Source of the DNA: Eukaryota sp. TZLM1-RC
Taxonomy: Eukaryota > Protista > Metamonada: BaSk clade
NCBI GenBank assembly: GCA_040285825.1
Contig: JAUPSS010000008.1
Span: 930,001-994,000 of the forward strand
Length of the DNA stretch: 64,000 bases
Direction: 5' to 3'
Shown piece after piece: positions 63,749 through 64,000 of the stretch (its first letter is position 1; each line of letters begins with the position of its first letter). The position numbers and the translations under genes were made by a program. The notes under the pieces are model-generated. The model had not been told where the DNA came from. It made no database searches and saw only the letters and a program-made list of their open reading frames with translations.

Positions 63749-64000
63749 ATGAAATTGGGACTTATATCTGCAGTAGAAGCTGAATTTCGTCCGATAGCTG
63801 ATGCTGTCCAATCTCCAGCTATTTCCACTATCGCTTCCAGGAATTTTATCTCTGGAATTCTCTGTAATCGATCTTTAGTGCTCTGTAAGTCAGGTATTGG
63901 TAAGGTAGCAGCTTCTATTACAACATGCATCCTTATACAGGAGTTTAAATGTGATCATATTTTATTCATCGGCACTGCTGGCTCTGTCAACTGTTCAGTT
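63749..64000 (+). CDS. mtnN: 5'-methylthioadenosine/S-adenosylhomocysteine nucleosidase (N-terminus; runs off the window end)
   Basis: MKLGLISAVEAEF...VLCKSGIGKVAASITTCILIQEFKCDHILFIGTAGS. Translated by hand; not in the ORF track. Confidence 0.85.
   Translation, partial: MKLGLISAVEAEFRPIADAVQSPAISTIASRNFISGILCNRSLVLCKSGIGKVAASITTCILIQEFKCDHILFIGTAGSVNCSV

Overview
AT-rich, gene-dense eukaryotic (protist-like) DNA with rare, tiny spliceosomal introns. Host genes are a TRAPPC13-like 5' end, a decayed TBC1D19-like gene, WDR33/PFS2, GH63 glucosidase I, a Cys-to-Ser dual-specificity pseudophosphatase, a HELQ-like helicase, two hypothetical genes, an intronless 8240-aa type I membrane protein, a RasGAP and an MTA/SAH nucleosidase. 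Between them lie mobile elements: an RLE non-LTR remnant, a MITE-like foldback, a full-length Ty3/Gypsy element with 136-bp LTRs, and many Fanzor (eukaryotic TnpB-like RNA-guided nuclease) loci from two families. Family 1 (3863-5853 +, 12137-14030 -, 11608-11870 -) shares a structured 3' non-coding region whose first hairpin keeps its pairing while its sequence changes, a candidate omegaRNA. Family 2 is the most striking result. It is a decayed reading frame made of a 2A StopGo peptide (DLTKDGDVEANPGP), a PRKRR NLS, a PolB-type DEDDy 3'-5' exonuclease and a Fanzor RuvC nuclease (30296-33917 -), with a hAT-like end upstream and a second, diverged exonuclease-Fanzor copy at about 61750-63733 (+). 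All family assignments were made by eye from motifs; no database search was run.
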